A DNA stretch of 64,000 bases. Source: Candidatus Latescibacterota bacterium. Lineage in GTDB: Bacteria > Krumholzibacteriota > Krumholzibacteriia > Krumholzibacteriales > Krumholzibacteriaceae. Both the position numbers and the translations under genes were made by a program. Position 1 is the stretch's first letter. Each line of letters begins with the position of its first letter. Below, piece by piece: positions 46,796 to 56,851 of this stretch. Location of the stretch: NCBI GenBank assembly GCA_019038625.1, contig JAHOYU010000077.1:3703-67702 (forward strand), read 5' to 3'. The notes beneath the pieces were generated by a model. The model made no database searches and was not told the origin of the DNA. It saw nothing but the letters and a program-made list of their open reading frames with translations.

Positions 46796-47106
46796 ACCCC
46801 TTGTGGGTTAGTTAATAAAAAAGCCCGCGCCTACCACTTTCACGGTGGTAAGTTCGGGCTTATGGATAAAACCGGCGTTGCCGGGTATTCATAGAGGCAT
46901 GTTATTTATCAAGATTGTCTGGCCCACTGGCTACTGTTCCTCTGGTTATCCCACCTTCATTCAGGTGGAAACCAAAGTTGATCAGTCCGGTGGTTCGCTT
47001 CGCCTTTACATCGTATAATACCTTTCTCATCAGAGTTAGATATTTTTCTATTTTCGCGTCATCAGCCATCTCATATACCTTAGTATGCGCCTTTAGCCGC
47101 TATTTG

Positions 47107-47406
47107 TCAATATAGAGGCTTGTCCGTAGCCGGTGTCCGCGTTGCGCCCGCCTTTTTCTTCTTTGCCACTCGTTCAGGCTTTACTGCCAGCGCCTGTTCC
47201 ACGGCCCTGCAGTAGCCATTCGAGTCCGCTACTTTCCCATGGGTCAGATCGGGCCTGTCCATGTCAATGACCTTATTCTGACTCAATCTCCTGCGCTCAT
47301 CTTCCAGCGCGGCACTAAGCGCTCTCCTGAAATGTTGGGTAACAGGATGATTGAACCATTGCTGAAATACATCATCATTTACCGGTAGATTTCTTATTCT
47401 TGCCAT
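47107..47406 (-). CDS. hypothetical protein (99 aa)
   Basis: The ORF overlaps the portal gene's stop by 32 nt. Confidence 0.35.
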   Translation of the reverse strand: MARIRNLPVNDDVFQQWFNHPVTQHFRRALSAALEDERRRLSQNKVIDMDRPDLTHGKVADSNGYCRAVEQALAVKPERVAKKKKAGATRTPATDKPLY

Positions 47407-49423
47407 CTGCCTTCCCCTTCTTGGTCGGCTGCTTATCAGCCGGTTTGTCAGGTTTGTTGGCCTGTTTTATCCTCGCGGCGGCTTCCATCTTCTTGATATC
47501 TATTTCCTTCAGCGCTATCTCATGCTTCTGATCAAGCTCCTGTTTCTTAAGCTTCAACTCGCCTTCTTTAAGCTTCAACTCTTCCATCTTAAGCTTGAAC
47601 TCAGCGCCAGCGGCTTCCTTTTCCGCGAGTATCTCCAGCACTTTCGGGTCTGGCGGCGGCTTGTAATCCTCTGGTATCTTGAATCTTTCCTTGTCCTCTA
47701 TCTGCATCGCATCAAGCCAATACTCGAAAATAGCTTGGGCTACCGGCGGGACTACCGTTTGCCTCATCTCCATAAGCTTGTCGGCCTTGAGCATCTTCTG
47801 GATGTGCATCACATCTTCGGGCAGCGCGGAAAGCGTTATATCAACACTCTCTGAGTTAAAGTCTCTGGCAAAGACTTCCTGCTGCTCGTTTACATCCATT
47901 ACGTTGTAATATTCCGCCCGGCCAAGATGCTCCATGTCCAGACGGTAAATCTTTTTGAGTTCCTCGCCAATGCCACGGTGGACACGGCCCATAACCGCAG
48001 TATGCAGCTTAAGCCCCTGTTCTATCAGGGCAAGCGTAGTAGTGGCCGGTTGATTTGAGCCGGAGGCTTGACCGCCCAACACATCTACGCTCATACCCAG
48101 ACGCTGATAGGCTTCCATCAGCAGCCCAAGTGTATGGAACAGGGTCATGCTCGGCTCACGCGCGGGCAGCATCATAAACTTCTTGCGCAGATCGTCTACA
48201 TCCGATGCTTCCTTGAACTCGTTCGGCTCAAACTCAAGGTTGCCGGACTCGTTGGATGCCATCAGCAGATCAGAGGTATACAGGCCAGCGTTGGTATTAT
48301 ACCAGATGCCGGAATCAATTATCTCTCTGATTATCGCGTTAATGGCATCATTGGGGTGGGAAAGCAACTGGCCGAATCCGAAGCCGTAAACCGACTTATC
48401 GATTGCGGGCATAAACAGGATGCGGGTAAACATCTCACGCGCTTCTATCTTTGCGATCTCTTTCCCGTCGGGTGTCAGCCAGATATCGTCTTCCTTGTAT
48501 CTGGCCTTTATCCTCGCAACAGTATCTGTTTCCTTGTGAACGGTCACTATGTAAGGCTCTGCATAGCCATCACCGTCCAAGTCCCACCATCTATGCTGCT
48601 CCAGAAAGATATAATTACCTTCATCTTCTCCCTGTGAGGTCTGCTTCGCCTCCTGATCACCCTCGCCTATCTTCTCCAAGATATCTGACCATGCACCGCT
48701 ATTAATGCGCTCCTTAACAGTATTCCGGGTCAACTCAAGGTAATGGGTAGCGCGTTTGGCGGTCTTCAGGTCGGTAACTTCGGGGTGGATCACTAAGTCC
48801 ATCGCAGATACATACTCACTGTAATTGCGCTTCTCTTCCACGTAGCGGTATGTTTTCTTGAAGGCGCAGCCGAATACTGGCAGGCCGAACAGGGCAGCGT
48901 CAGTCTCAGGCATCCATTCAGGCATTTCCTCTGTAAGCTGGTAGTTCACAAAGTCGGCAACGCGCTGTGCGCTACTGGCCTTCTGGCCGTCCGGGTCTTG
49001 GCCGATTACCTTGCCCTTTACTATTCTATTGCTGAATATCGCTCCTGTCGCCCTGGAACTGAACTGGACACACGATTGGGCCAGCAAAGGCATTATAACA
49101 GAACATGCTCCTGCGAATGGCGTGTCCTTTTCCTCCACATTCATCTTAACGAACTTGATGGCCATCGCCATAGTCCGTTCCCAATCTTTGCGCGCGTCCT
49201 TATCGTACTTATACTCCTGAGTGACCTTCACGCCAATCCGGCGTACAACCTCGTCTTTCAGCGCGGGTACGATATTCGCCATCTTGCTCCACTTCACAAG
49301 CTGCTTCGGGTCAGTGCCCTTGGCGTTGTTGCCCGTAGCGTCCTTCAGACCCCGTGAAGCATAGTACTTTCTGTTCTTCGTCACGTATTTCGGCATTTCA
49401 CCGCCCCTTTTTCTTCCATTCAA
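47375..49423 (-). CDS. portal protein (682 aa)
   Basis: Size, position (after the terminase and before the scaffold and capsid genes), and a K/E-rich helical tail. Overall pattern typical of podovirus-type portal or connector proteins. Confidence 0.6.
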   Translation of the reverse strand: MNGRKRGGEMPKYVTKNRKYYASRGLKDATGNNAKGTDPKQLVKWSKMANIVPALKDEVVRRIGVKVTQEYKYDKDARKDWERTMAMAIKFVKMNVEEKDTPFAGACSVIMPLLAQSCVQFSSRATGAIFSNRIVKGKVIGQDPDGQKASSAQRVADFVNYQLTEEMPEWMPETDAALFGLPVFGCAFKKTYRYVEEKRNYSEYVSAMDLVIHPEVTDLKTAKRATHYLELTRNTVKERINSGAWSDILEKIGEGDQEAKQTSQGEDEGNYIFLEQHRWWDLDGDGYAEPYIVTVHKETDTVARIKARYKEDDIWLTPDGKEIAKIEAREMFTRILFMPAIDKSVYGFGFGQLLSHPNDAINAIIREIIDSGIWYNTNAGLYTSDLLMASNESGNLEFEPNEFKEASDVDDLRKKFMMLPAREPSMTLFHTLGLLMEAYQRLGMSVDVLGGQASGSNQPATTTLALIEQGLKLHTAVMGRVHRGIGEELKKIYRLDMEHLGRAEYYNVMDVNEQQEVFARDFNSESVDITLSALPEDVMHIQKMLKADKLMEMRQTVVPPVAQAIFEYWLDAMQIEDKERFKIPEDYKPPPDPKVLEILAEKEAAGAEFKLKMEELKLKEGELKLKKQELDQKHEIALKEIDIKKMEAAARIKQANKPDKPADKQPTKKGKADGKNKKSTGK

Positions 49424-49706
49424 CCATGATTAAACGCTCACGTTCCTTAAGCGCGGCAATGGCATCTGCGAATGACCGGTGTATGTGATCCTCATGTATG
49501 CGTAAACCACGATTGTTGCAGCCATCCAGGCGCAACATAATCGCATCAAAGATTTGAGTTGGAATATCAAGCGTTTTTGTCCAACGTATTTTAGCAGCAT
49601 CTATTTTAAGTTCTATGGGCCGACCTGCCCTTTGTAAGCCTTGCCCGCTTATTCCTACTATTTCATTGTAACTGCCCTTGGGCCATCCATCATCGTATTT
49701 CGGCAT
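49398..49706 (-). CDS. hypothetical protein (102 aa)
   Basis: ORF between the terminase and portal genes. Confidence 0.4.
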   Translation of the reverse strand: MPKYDDGWPKGSYNEIVGISGQGLQRAGRPIELKIDAAKIRWTKTLDIPTQIFDAIMLRLDGCNNRGLRIHEDHIHRSFADAIAALKERERLIMVEWKKKGR

Positions 49707-49710
49707 CTTT

Positions 49711-49998
49711 TCAGCCTTTCTGAGTTAGCAGCTTTTGTGCGATCTCGTTGGCTGGTACGGTTAAGTCACCGTCTCTTAGTATCTTATCTAAAAGTATACC
49801 GGGTAGGCTACCGCACATTTCTACCGTACCAACATTGGGGCTATTCTTTTTGAGAGTCGTCTTATAAAACACCACCGCCACACTATCACCTGCAAGATGT
49901 ATCTTAAAATCCCCACTTGCGTAACTGGCGAATGGCTTTATTGTATGCTGCGAATTTGGTAATCTAAACGCTTCTGGTTTAATCTTCTTCCAGGCCAT
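49711..49998 (-). CDS. hypothetical protein (95 aa)
   Basis: ORF. Confidence 0.4.
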   Translation of the reverse strand: MAWKKIKPEAFRLPNSQHTIKPFASYASGDFKIHLAGDSVAVVFYKTTLKKNSPNVGTVEMCGSLPGILLDKILRDGDLTVPANEIAQKLLTQKG

Positions 49999-50065
49999 CG
50001 TCTAACTCTCCTTCACGATTTCAAGCCAGTCTTTGAACTTAAACAGCAGTTGGCGGCTGCAAGCA

Positions 50066-50383
50066 TTAGACGGTTATCTTGTCAACGGTCTTTCCCTGTT
50101 CGTTCATCACGTAGACTGTTGCCGGTGGTTCGATGATAAACGACTTCATGCTATCCAGATCAAGTCTAAGCGCGAAACTCGGCTTTACCTTAACATCACC
50201 ACAAAAGGTTGTAGCCCCCGCTTCTTCTGGGGTACTGGCCCTAACGTAGTTTTGTATATTCTGGTGATTCACACAAGTTGCTTCTCGCATTTTAGTCTCC
50301 ACCAGTTTCTGAGCCGGTGGATTACTACCAGCTTCTGCTGTGTTCTCCACTTCTTGATACAACTCGATCTTGATCGTAAACAT
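50066..50383 (-). CDS. hypothetical protein (105 aa)
   Basis: AAGGAG RBS before ATG at 50383. Confidence 0.45.
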   Translation of the reverse strand: MFTIKIELYQEVENTAEAGSNPPAQKLVETKMREATCVNHQNIQNYVRASTPEEAGATTFCGDVKVKPSFALRLDLDSMKSFIIEPPATVYVMNEQGKTVDKITV

Positions 50384-50568
50384 CGCGCTACTCCTTCTTC
50401 TTCTGGATACTGCGTTGTGCTTCCGCCAACTGCTGCTTCTTCTTCAAATATATATCACGCATATCCTTATGGTCAACCTGTCTCGCTCCCATGTTGATCG
50501 CCGCGTCAATCTTGCTGTTCATGGCATCAAAATGAACGCTGTTTTTACCCGTGTTTTGGAGCCAAGTC

Positions 50569-50724
50569 TGACGCAGACCTATCTTAAGGCCGAACTCAAT
50601 TTGTGTCTATCGCCACGCCTCTGTCCGACATGCTCACTCGGTTTGACCTTTACCCATTTGAGATAGCATTGCATGGTTGACATCGGGCAACCTATGAGTT
50701 TAGCAACTTGTCCTGTAGTATATG
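50569..50724 (-). CDS. small helix-turn-helix protein (52 aa, Xis/AlpA/MerR-like)
   Basis: MLETYTTGQVAKLIGCPMSTMQCYLKWVKVKP... with an AGGAGAAAGG RBS. Below the ORF-track size cutoff. Confidence 0.4.
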
Positions 50725-50933
50725 TTTCAAGCATTTGCCTTTCTCCTGCGCCTCTCGCGCCTTCTCAATGTCCTGCGCCACTTTCGGGAACTCCGCTCTT
50801 CCTCTTCCCCGCTTGACAAAGCCAATAGAATGCTGTATTATTAAACTCAACGGATGCAAAGCCCGTTCGCAAGCGGCTGACACAGGGTCTCGATCCGGCA
50901 AGCGCTCCACTCAAAAGGTGGGGCGTTTTGCTT

Positions 50934-51164
50934 TTAGCCTTTTCCCACACAATCCTCTTTCTCTGCATTCTTGATTATCTCCATCGTGCAGGCCAAGCAG
51001 AATTTCCTGACAAGTTCATTTGATAACCGCGCCGGTTGCCCGCAATCGCATACGCCTATGATTGGAAAGGAAGTCTGGTATTCAATGCTCATCTTGTTAC
51101 CCTCTTTATCAATGCCCATGACCACTATTCGGTTCTGATGACAACTCTCTTTGTTCTCCGCCAT
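50934..51164 (-). CDS. small Cys-rich (zinc-ribbon-like) protein
   Basis: ...CDCGQPARLSNELVRKFCLAC... Confidence 0.35.
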   Translation of the reverse strand: MAENKESCHQNRIVVMGIDKEGNKMSIEYQTSFPIIGVCDCGQPARLSNELVRKFCLACTMEIIKNAEKEDCVGKG

Positions 51165-51493
51165 AGGTAGGTAGCCAAGTCACGCCAATATGGGCACGCC
51201 CCCTCTGGAATGCACTCATCGGCTGGCTTAAATCCATAGGGCTTCCATGCTCCGCGCCGATCTTTGTAGCACTTAAACCAGCGCCACGCTACGCTGGTTC
51301 TAAAAATATGATTCCACCACCCTACACGATACCATAACCAGAATAGCGGAACAACAGGAGCTATTGCATATCTTAAGTCGGGCCAATTGCCCAGAGTCGC
51401 CCATCCTACGTTTACCCACGGGAATCTCATCGGCCCTAAATCGTCAACATACTCACGGCTCACCGTTATCGTGCTCTGAAATGCTGGAAACAT
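51125..51493 (-). CDS. Trp-rich hypothetical protein (122 aa)
   Basis: ORF immediately downstream of the terminase gene. Confidence 0.4.
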   Translation of the reverse strand: MFPAFQSTITVSREYVDDLGPMRFPWVNVGWATLGNWPDLRYAIAPVVPLFWLWYRVGWWNHIFRTSVAWRWFKCYKDRRGAWKPYGFKPADECIPEGACPYWRDLATYLWRRTKRVVIRTE

Positions 51494-51673
51494 CAGAACC
51501 CCCTTAGTGTTCCGGATGAACGTAACCGCAGATCAAACCCTTTACCTGAATGTATTTCCATCTCCACGGATGTTCTCGCTGCCATTTCGCAAAACGCATT
51601 TCAGCAAGTCCAATCTCAAAGGCTTGCTTGTCGCACATCTCCCGAAAGCTACCCATATAGTTATTGCTCATAA

Positions 51674-54229
51674 TCAGTACCCACTTATAGGGCTTTTGCC
51701 CTTGTCGCGTTGACGGTGGAGTGCCGCATGTCGCCTGTGTTGCAGGCTATCCTTGTAAGTTTTGTTCTCGCGCCTCTGGTATTCAACCGGCTTTATCCTG
51801 AAAGCAAAGGTCTGGGCCAGCGCATCTCCAAAGTCCGGGCTGTCAAGTTCACGCGCCTTCATATGCTCCTTGCGCTCCAACTGTATCTTATCCGCAACGC
51901 TAAAGCCATACTCGATAGATGTCAGGTCTGTTTCAAGGTAATCGTACTCGCGCTGCTCCAGGCCACTCAGGTCTGCGGTCTTCAGCCATTCGCGCATGTT
52001 TCCCCACATCTCGGCCCGCTTATTGAAGTATTTCTTCTTGCTTGACCGGCTACCCGCCACAACGGAGAACCAGCGGCACTTAAGCTGCCTGCCACGATCA
52101 ATGACACCTGTCCCCGGCCCTGTCTCATCGATAAACACGGCATCGGCACCGTATTCGTCTTCAGCGTCCTGCACCAAGCTAACAATTGTCATGTTATCAA
52201 GCTCTCGATACTCGCGTATCTCCAGTATTCTAAGTCCCTGCCTTATAACAATAACAGTCCTGTCGTCACCGAAACGGGCTACATCAACGCCTATCACAAT
52301 AGGCGAATCCTTGTAGAGATCGTAATCAAGCTTCCGCTTACGGGCCTCTTCCACCCAATCAAGGGCAATAAACTGCATTGAACTTGCGCGCGGAAACTCA
52401 CCCTTCACCCTGACCCTCACAAAATCGCTGTCTTCTCCGTAATCGTCTATCCACTCCTGGATAAGCTGTTTCTCGGCCTTTTTCGCCGTCCTGCTGTCCA
52501 CCTTGAAAGTCACCCAACGCTTGCGGAACTTCGTCCAGCAGGCTCTAAAGCGGCCCACGTTTCTTGTCGGGTTGCCGAAACATATCCAGATAGAGCCGGT
52601 TGTGGTCATGGCACCGCTGGCCACCTCCCATATCTTGTCATCGATAGCACTCGCCTCATCGAAGATCATCAGCACGTTTTCTTCGTGTGTACCGGCAAAC
52701 GCCTCTGTATTCTGCTTGCTCCAGGGTGCGGCGGTCATAAAGTGCGTGGTAGGGTGTTCGATTGCGCGGAACTTGGTGGCAGTCCATTCAAACCAATGCT
52801 GGTTGATAACCATCTGGTGCCACTTCGATAGCTCCATCCATGTCTTGTCGGTCAACTGCATCTTGGTATTGGCGGTCACAACGGCCTTGATCGGTGTCCG
52901 CGTGGACATGAACCAGAGGATAATCCAGGCTACAAGGGCCGTGTTGTGTGTGACGATGAAATCATTTGCCAGATATAATTGATCCTCAGCCTCAACAGTT
53001 ATACACATGCATTCTGCTTCACCGGCAAGCTCCACGCGATCAATAAACCTTTCCAGATATCGCTTCTGTGATGTCGGCCTTATTCTCTCTGCCTTGCGCT
53101 TAATGTAGCACGGAGTAAATCCGTCTGGAAACGTCAAGGAACACAAGTAGGCTCCGTTATGCGTCTTACTATGCAGTCTTGCCTTCCCGCCGATGGAACG
53201 AGTTAGCCATATCACGTCTTCGATGAGCAACTTAGATACAGAGCAATATTGAGCACATCCAGTATCAGAAACATATCCATCGGTGTCCATCAGGCCACGT
53301 AGCACCTCTTCGCGCACCTCACGGAGATTATACTTATAAATATCGGGCACATGTTTTTCTCGCGCACCACACTTGTCAACGCCGAGTCGCTCCAACGCTG
53401 GTCGCAAATGTCCCACATTAAATACCTTTGCCTTCGTCTCTCGCTTGCTTTGCCCCTCGGTGAGCCTATAGCGCGCCGAAGCGATGCGCTCAAACACCTC
53501 AGCGTCCATATTTGTAATACGGCTTGTATTTCGGCAACCATCCCCCAGCCATGCGCCCAGTGTATACGGATCAACATTGACCCACTGATATGGATATTCT
53601 ACCGCACCATGACGCGGTATTTGGAATCTTCGTGCGCGCCCCTGCCCGTTTTTCCGCCGCGGCCCAGTTTCGGCGATCTCAGCAGTGCTCTTTGTTTCCC
53701 AATCTTTTCTGCGCTCTTTCACAAGCCATAAGTGCTCGGCGCACGTTAAGGTGCTGCTTTCATCGTCAAATATCACTCGATATATTGGCTTGATGCCCTG
53801 TGGGTGAATTTGTGCAATTCTTGTAGGCTTTCCGTCCCTACCAAAGACGGTATCTCCGGGCTTCAAATCTCCCCAGCGCCGTACACCGGTTGGCGTGTCC
53901 AGCTTCATATCAGTTGGATGCGCTTTTCCTGCCCCGTGGCCGCTGCTGACGGCCATCTGGATAGCGCGTGTTATGTTCCCATCTTTGCGCTTGAGCAGTT
54001 CTTCACGCAGCAGTCCAAGAAACTTGGTCTGCCAGATATCCGGCCCTGTCTCTTTTTCGAGAATAGTGCCCGATCTGCCCCAGGGAAGCGCCCACATGAC
54101 AAAGCCGTAAGGGTCATCCTTGAAGCTCATTATCTTCAAGGTCAACTCTTTCTCGTTCAACTCCGCCTTTGCCGCGCCATCGTGGTGCGATCTGCCTGTA
54201 GATTGGGCATGTGCTGTGGCCTCACTCAT
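51674..54229 (-). CDS. terL: terminase large subunit interrupted by a 327-aa intein
   Basis: Walker A is split: ...VSSGHGAGK | intein | TALVAWIILWF..., which reconstitutes GHGAGKT. Downstream terminase ATPase and nuclease pattern (...TTTGSIWICFGNPTRNVGRFRACW...). The extein is about 524 aa. Confidence 0.8.
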   Translation of the reverse strand: MSEATAHAQSTGRSHHDGAAKAELNEKELTLKIMSFKDDPYGFVMWALPWGRSGTILEKETGPDIWQTKFLGLLREELLKRKDGNITRAIQMAVSSGHGAGKAHPTDMKLDTPTGVRRWGDLKPGDTVFGRDGKPTRIAQIHPQGIKPIYRVIFDDESSTLTCAEHLWLVKERRKDWETKSTAEIAETGPRRKNGQGRARRFQIPRHGAVEYPYQWVNVDPYTLGAWLGDGCRNTSRITNMDAEVFERIASARYRLTEGQSKRETKAKVFNVGHLRPALERLGVDKCGAREKHVPDIYKYNLREVREEVLRGLMDTDGYVSDTGCAQYCSVSKLLIEDVIWLTRSIGGKARLHSKTHNGAYLCSLTFPDGFTPCYIKRKAERIRPTSQKRYLERFIDRVELAGEAECMCITVEAEDQLYLANDFIVTHNTALVAWIILWFMSTRTPIKAVVTANTKMQLTDKTWMELSKWHQMVINQHWFEWTATKFRAIEHPTTHFMTAAPWSKQNTEAFAGTHEENVLMIFDEASAIDDKIWEVASGAMTTTGSIWICFGNPTRNVGRFRACWTKFRKRWVTFKVDSRTAKKAEKQLIQEWIDDYGEDSDFVRVRVKGEFPRASSMQFIALDWVEEARKRKLDYDLYKDSPIVIGVDVARFGDDRTVIVIRQGLRILEIREYRELDNMTIVSLVQDAEDEYGADAVFIDETGPGTGVIDRGRQLKCRWFSVVAGSRSSKKKYFNKRAEMWGNMREWLKTADLSGLEQREYDYLETDLTSIEYGFSVADKIQLERKEHMKARELDSPDFGDALAQTFAFRIKPVEYQRRENKTYKDSLQHRRHAALHRQRDKGKSPISGY
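52943..53923 (-). mobile_element. intein with a LAGLIDADG homing-endonuclease domain, inserted after the Walker A lysine of the terminase
   Basis: Begins AHPTDMKLDTPTG... (Ala at position 1). Block B-like TCAEHLW. Two LAGLIDADG motifs, LGAWLGDGC and LRGLMDTDGYV. Ends ...FIVTHN, followed by the +1 Thr of the extein. Confidence 0.7.
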
Positions 54230-54278
54230 TTTAGCTCATCCTTCCACCTTAATGGTTAACATTCCGAAATCTTTCATG

Positions 54279-54623
54279 TCACACCTTCGCAGTCTGGGTT
54301 AGTTGCTCCATCAGCGCAAAGAACGTATCGGCTGCTTCCGTACCACTCTTAACCAACTGCTGTTGCCGGGGTGGAACGCCCCACATACCGCTGAACTTGC
54401 AGATGAACAGCACCCCCTGGCGCTGGCAGGAGAACGTACCCCGTGAGGCCATAATCTCCATGCTCTTGAATATTTCGCTCTCGCCCTTACTCATCGGCTT
54501 CTCCATTTCATAAACTACTCCCGTAGTGATTTGATGAATCCGCAAAGCGCAAAGATGGACTACAGCAATGAGTTGATATTGGGATGCTTTCCAGGGCTTA
54601 AAAATTCCTCTATTGCATAGCAC
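54279..54623 (-). CDS. hypothetical protein (the start is probably the internal MEKPMSKGESEIFK)
   Basis: Shares the KGSEIFK N-terminal motif with 54560-55036. Confidence 0.4.
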   Translation of the reverse strand: MLCNRGIFKPWKASQYQLIAVVHLCALRIHQITTGVVYEMEKPMSKGESEIFKSMEIMASRGTFSCQRQGVLFICKFSGMWGVPPRQQQLVKSGTEAADTFFALMEQLTQTAKV

Positions 54624-55036
54624 ACCATTAATTCGCTTCGCTTGCGCGTGTTGAGCATGTCGGAAAATATTGCATCACCATCCCCGCCAATTCGTATAGC
54701 CTCTCTCGTAGCCATCCACCTCTTAGCCAAAATTTCAAGGGCCAGCGCATAAACCATATCGACATAGGACTTACTAACGCCCTTGTCTATTGGGATCAAC
54801 AGCATCTCCGACACTGGAAGGGGAATATTTAGACCATTAGTAAACCGAATTCGCTCATTTTTACCAACAACATCTCCCTTTAAGCAGTCGCCACGAGTGA
54901 TTTCCACGAAACTATCTTTAGTCCAGTTGTCATCCTTGATGTCCTCTGGCTTGAATATCTCTGACCCTTTATCAGACATTTTTCTTCCTCTCTGCAAGCA
55001 TCGCATCGGCAAGTCTGTAACTCGCTTCTGCGGCAT
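54560..55036 (-). CDS. hypothetical protein (158 aa)
   Basis: MSDKGSEIFKPEDIK... is paralogous at the N-terminus to the downstream gene. Confidence 0.45.
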   Translation of the reverse strand: MPQKRVTDLPMRCLQRGRKMSDKGSEIFKPEDIKDDNWTKDSFVEITRGDCLKGDVVGKNERIRFTNGLNIPLPVSEMLLIPIDKGVSKSYVDMVYALALEILAKRWMATREAIRIGGDGDAIFSDMLNTRKRSELMVCYAIEEFLSPGKHPNINSLL

Positions 55037-55232
55037 TTCCTGGCCTAATTGCTACACCGGCTTTCTTTGCATCTTTATACAGCGAATCCATAACCCCAGC
55101 CAGAGCCTGTCCCGCAAACCAATCGCGGAGAGACATACCCTCTGGTACAAGGCTACGATTACCGTCTTTGTCGAGAGCGCACATAGGATGATTACTTGGG
55201 AACGCTGGCCCTCCATCTATTTTATCACTCAT
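54972..55232 (-). CDS. hypothetical protein (86 aa) with a GMSLRDWFAGQALAG motif
   Basis: ORF only. Confidence 0.4.
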   Translation of the reverse strand: MSDKIDGGPAFPSNHPMCALDKDGNRSLVPEGMSLRDWFAGQALAGVMDSLYKDAKKAGVAIRPGNAAEASYRLADAMLAERKKNV

Positions 55233-55729
55233 TAGTCTTCCTCCGGTATCTTGACATTGGCCAGCTTGCAGACGGCTTCAAAGACAGCCGCGCTGAGGTT
55301 AGCATCAAGTGCGAGTTGGTCCTTCCGCTTGATGCTAACCTCCTTCTCGTGCGGTTTCGATGTCCAGATGCAATGCCCATATTCGGAGATGCTTACCTGA
55401 ACATGGTTGCCGCTCTTGACCGCCAATATCTTCAGCACGTCGAAAAGAAAAGCAAGATCGGCATTTGGGTACATAAATTCACGCGGCTCTCCATCCCTCT
55501 TGCGGCTAACGCAGAAAACCGCTCCACCCCACGGCTGCATCCAGTCGCCATCTTCATTCGGTTTAGCACCCATCGCCTTCCAGAAAATCTCCCTCCAGCC
55601 TTGATCTGACCTCTTTTCTTCACTCATCAGGGTTTGCCTCCCGGCCATAATTCGCAACCAGCGGGCCATGTCTGTATCAGGTCTACCAACGGAAAAAATA
55701 CAATCACAATAAGGGCTACAACCAGCCAA
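55232..55729 (-). CDS. hypothetical protein (the start is probably the internal MSEEKRSDQGW)
   Basis: ORF only. Confidence 0.4.
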   Translation of the reverse strand: MAGCSPYCDCIFSVGRPDTDMARWLRIMAGRQTLMSEEKRSDQGWREIFWKAMGAKPNEDGDWMQPWGGAVFCVSRKRDGEPREFMYPNADLAFLFDVLKILAVKSGNHVQVSISEYGHCIWTSKPHEKEVSIKRKDQLALDANLSAAVFEAVCKLANVKIPEED

Positions 55730-55802
55730 AACATATATCTCTTCTCGCCTTGCGTCATTGGGCGCTTGAATCGCGCCGGGTTCCCATTTTTATCGAGTAT
55801 CA

Positions 55803-56078
55803 TCACCCACCCCGTAACGAGTCGAGTTGATGGTTTGTCCCGTTAGGATCGGCAAGTAGTGCAATAGCCTTATTCATCCCTATGTGGTGCATGTGAACAT
55901 TGCGATTGAAGTGCTGAAGGAGGGTGGCAATGCTCAGGAACTCCACAAAAATAACTTCATTTGTCTCCTCATCGTCCTCCACCTCCCCGGATATGTGTTC
56001 ACGCCACCGCTTAAAGGCGCTATCCATTGCTTTAAGATTCACGGTTGTCTCCTTAAAAAACTCTTTCCGACTAATCAC
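55803..56078 (-). CDS. hypothetical protein (91 aa)
   Basis: ORF only. Confidence 0.35.
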   Translation of the reverse strand: MISRKEFFKETTVNLKAMDSAFKRWREHISGEVEDDEETNEVIFVEFLSIATLLQHFNRNVHMHHIGMNKAIALLADPNGTNHQLDSLRGG

Positions 56079-56616
56079 AATTCACCCCCCGCTCAAGAGC
56101 CTCACGCCAGCAGCTAATGAAGTAGGCCGCTGCCTTCCGGTTCTTCATCGCCTCAAGGATATCGTTCTCACTCCCACCAGGCGGTATGTACGAGTTTTGC
56201 CCGCTGATTTCATTGTGGTTGCCGTACAGGGCGGCGGCAAGGCCGAAGCTGGTGAAAGCATAGTAACCGGGGCCGACATTGACGTTCATATCCATGCGCA
56301 TCAGGTCGTAGCAGCGCAGCAGAACGTCTATCCATACCTTCTTCAACTCCGGTAGCCTTCTGTATTGCTCGTAGGGAATGAGGATAAGCGCCTCAAGATC
56401 GGTGAGAAACTGGCTGACGCGGCCAAGGGCTTCCGCTCCCATACCCTTGTGTGCGTCATCAGGGAGATCAAACGCGGCCTTCACGCCATCAAGGGTTTCT
56501 GAACGCCACCAAAATTCGGCGGCATCTCTGGGTATCGTGCCTATCTGGCTTGTATATCGATCTACAACCTCTATCGCTTGCTCACGTGATGTTTCTGGTG
56601 CTCCTACGATTTCCAT
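56071..56616 (-). CDS. hypothetical protein (181 aa)
   Basis: ORF only. Confidence 0.45.
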   Translation of the reverse strand: MEIVGAPETSREQAIEVVDRYTSQIGTIPRDAAEFWWRSETLDGVKAAFDLPDDAHKGMGAEALGRVSQFLTDLEALILIPYEQYRRLPELKKVWIDVLLRCYDLMRMDMNVNVGPGYYAFTSFGLAAALYGNHNEISGQNSYIPPGGSENDILEAMKNRKAAAYFISCWREALERGVNCD

Positions 56617-56641
56617 TGTCTGTTCTCCCCTTTAGGAGTGT

Positions 56642-56851
56642 TTAGCCTATCAGAACCTTCCAGATCAGCAGCACAAGGCAATAGCCGACACAGGCTACCG
56701 CCACCACGGCGAGAATGAACTTCGCCAGCACCCACCAGAGGACATCCATGACCAGCCGCTTGAGGTCAAAGTGAATGGGGTACATCATGCTCACCGCCTC
56801 TTCCTGAATAGCGCCCGTATCTGGTTGGCACTTTCGGCGGCAACGAGACAA
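56642..56851 (-). CDS. small membrane protein (69 aa)
   Basis: VLWWVLAKFILAVVAVACVGYCLVLLIWKV transmembrane helix. Confidence 0.4.
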   Translation of the reverse strand: MSRCRRKCQPDTGAIQEEAVSMMYPIHFDLKRLVMDVLWWVLAKFILAVVAVACVGYCLVLLIWKVLIG

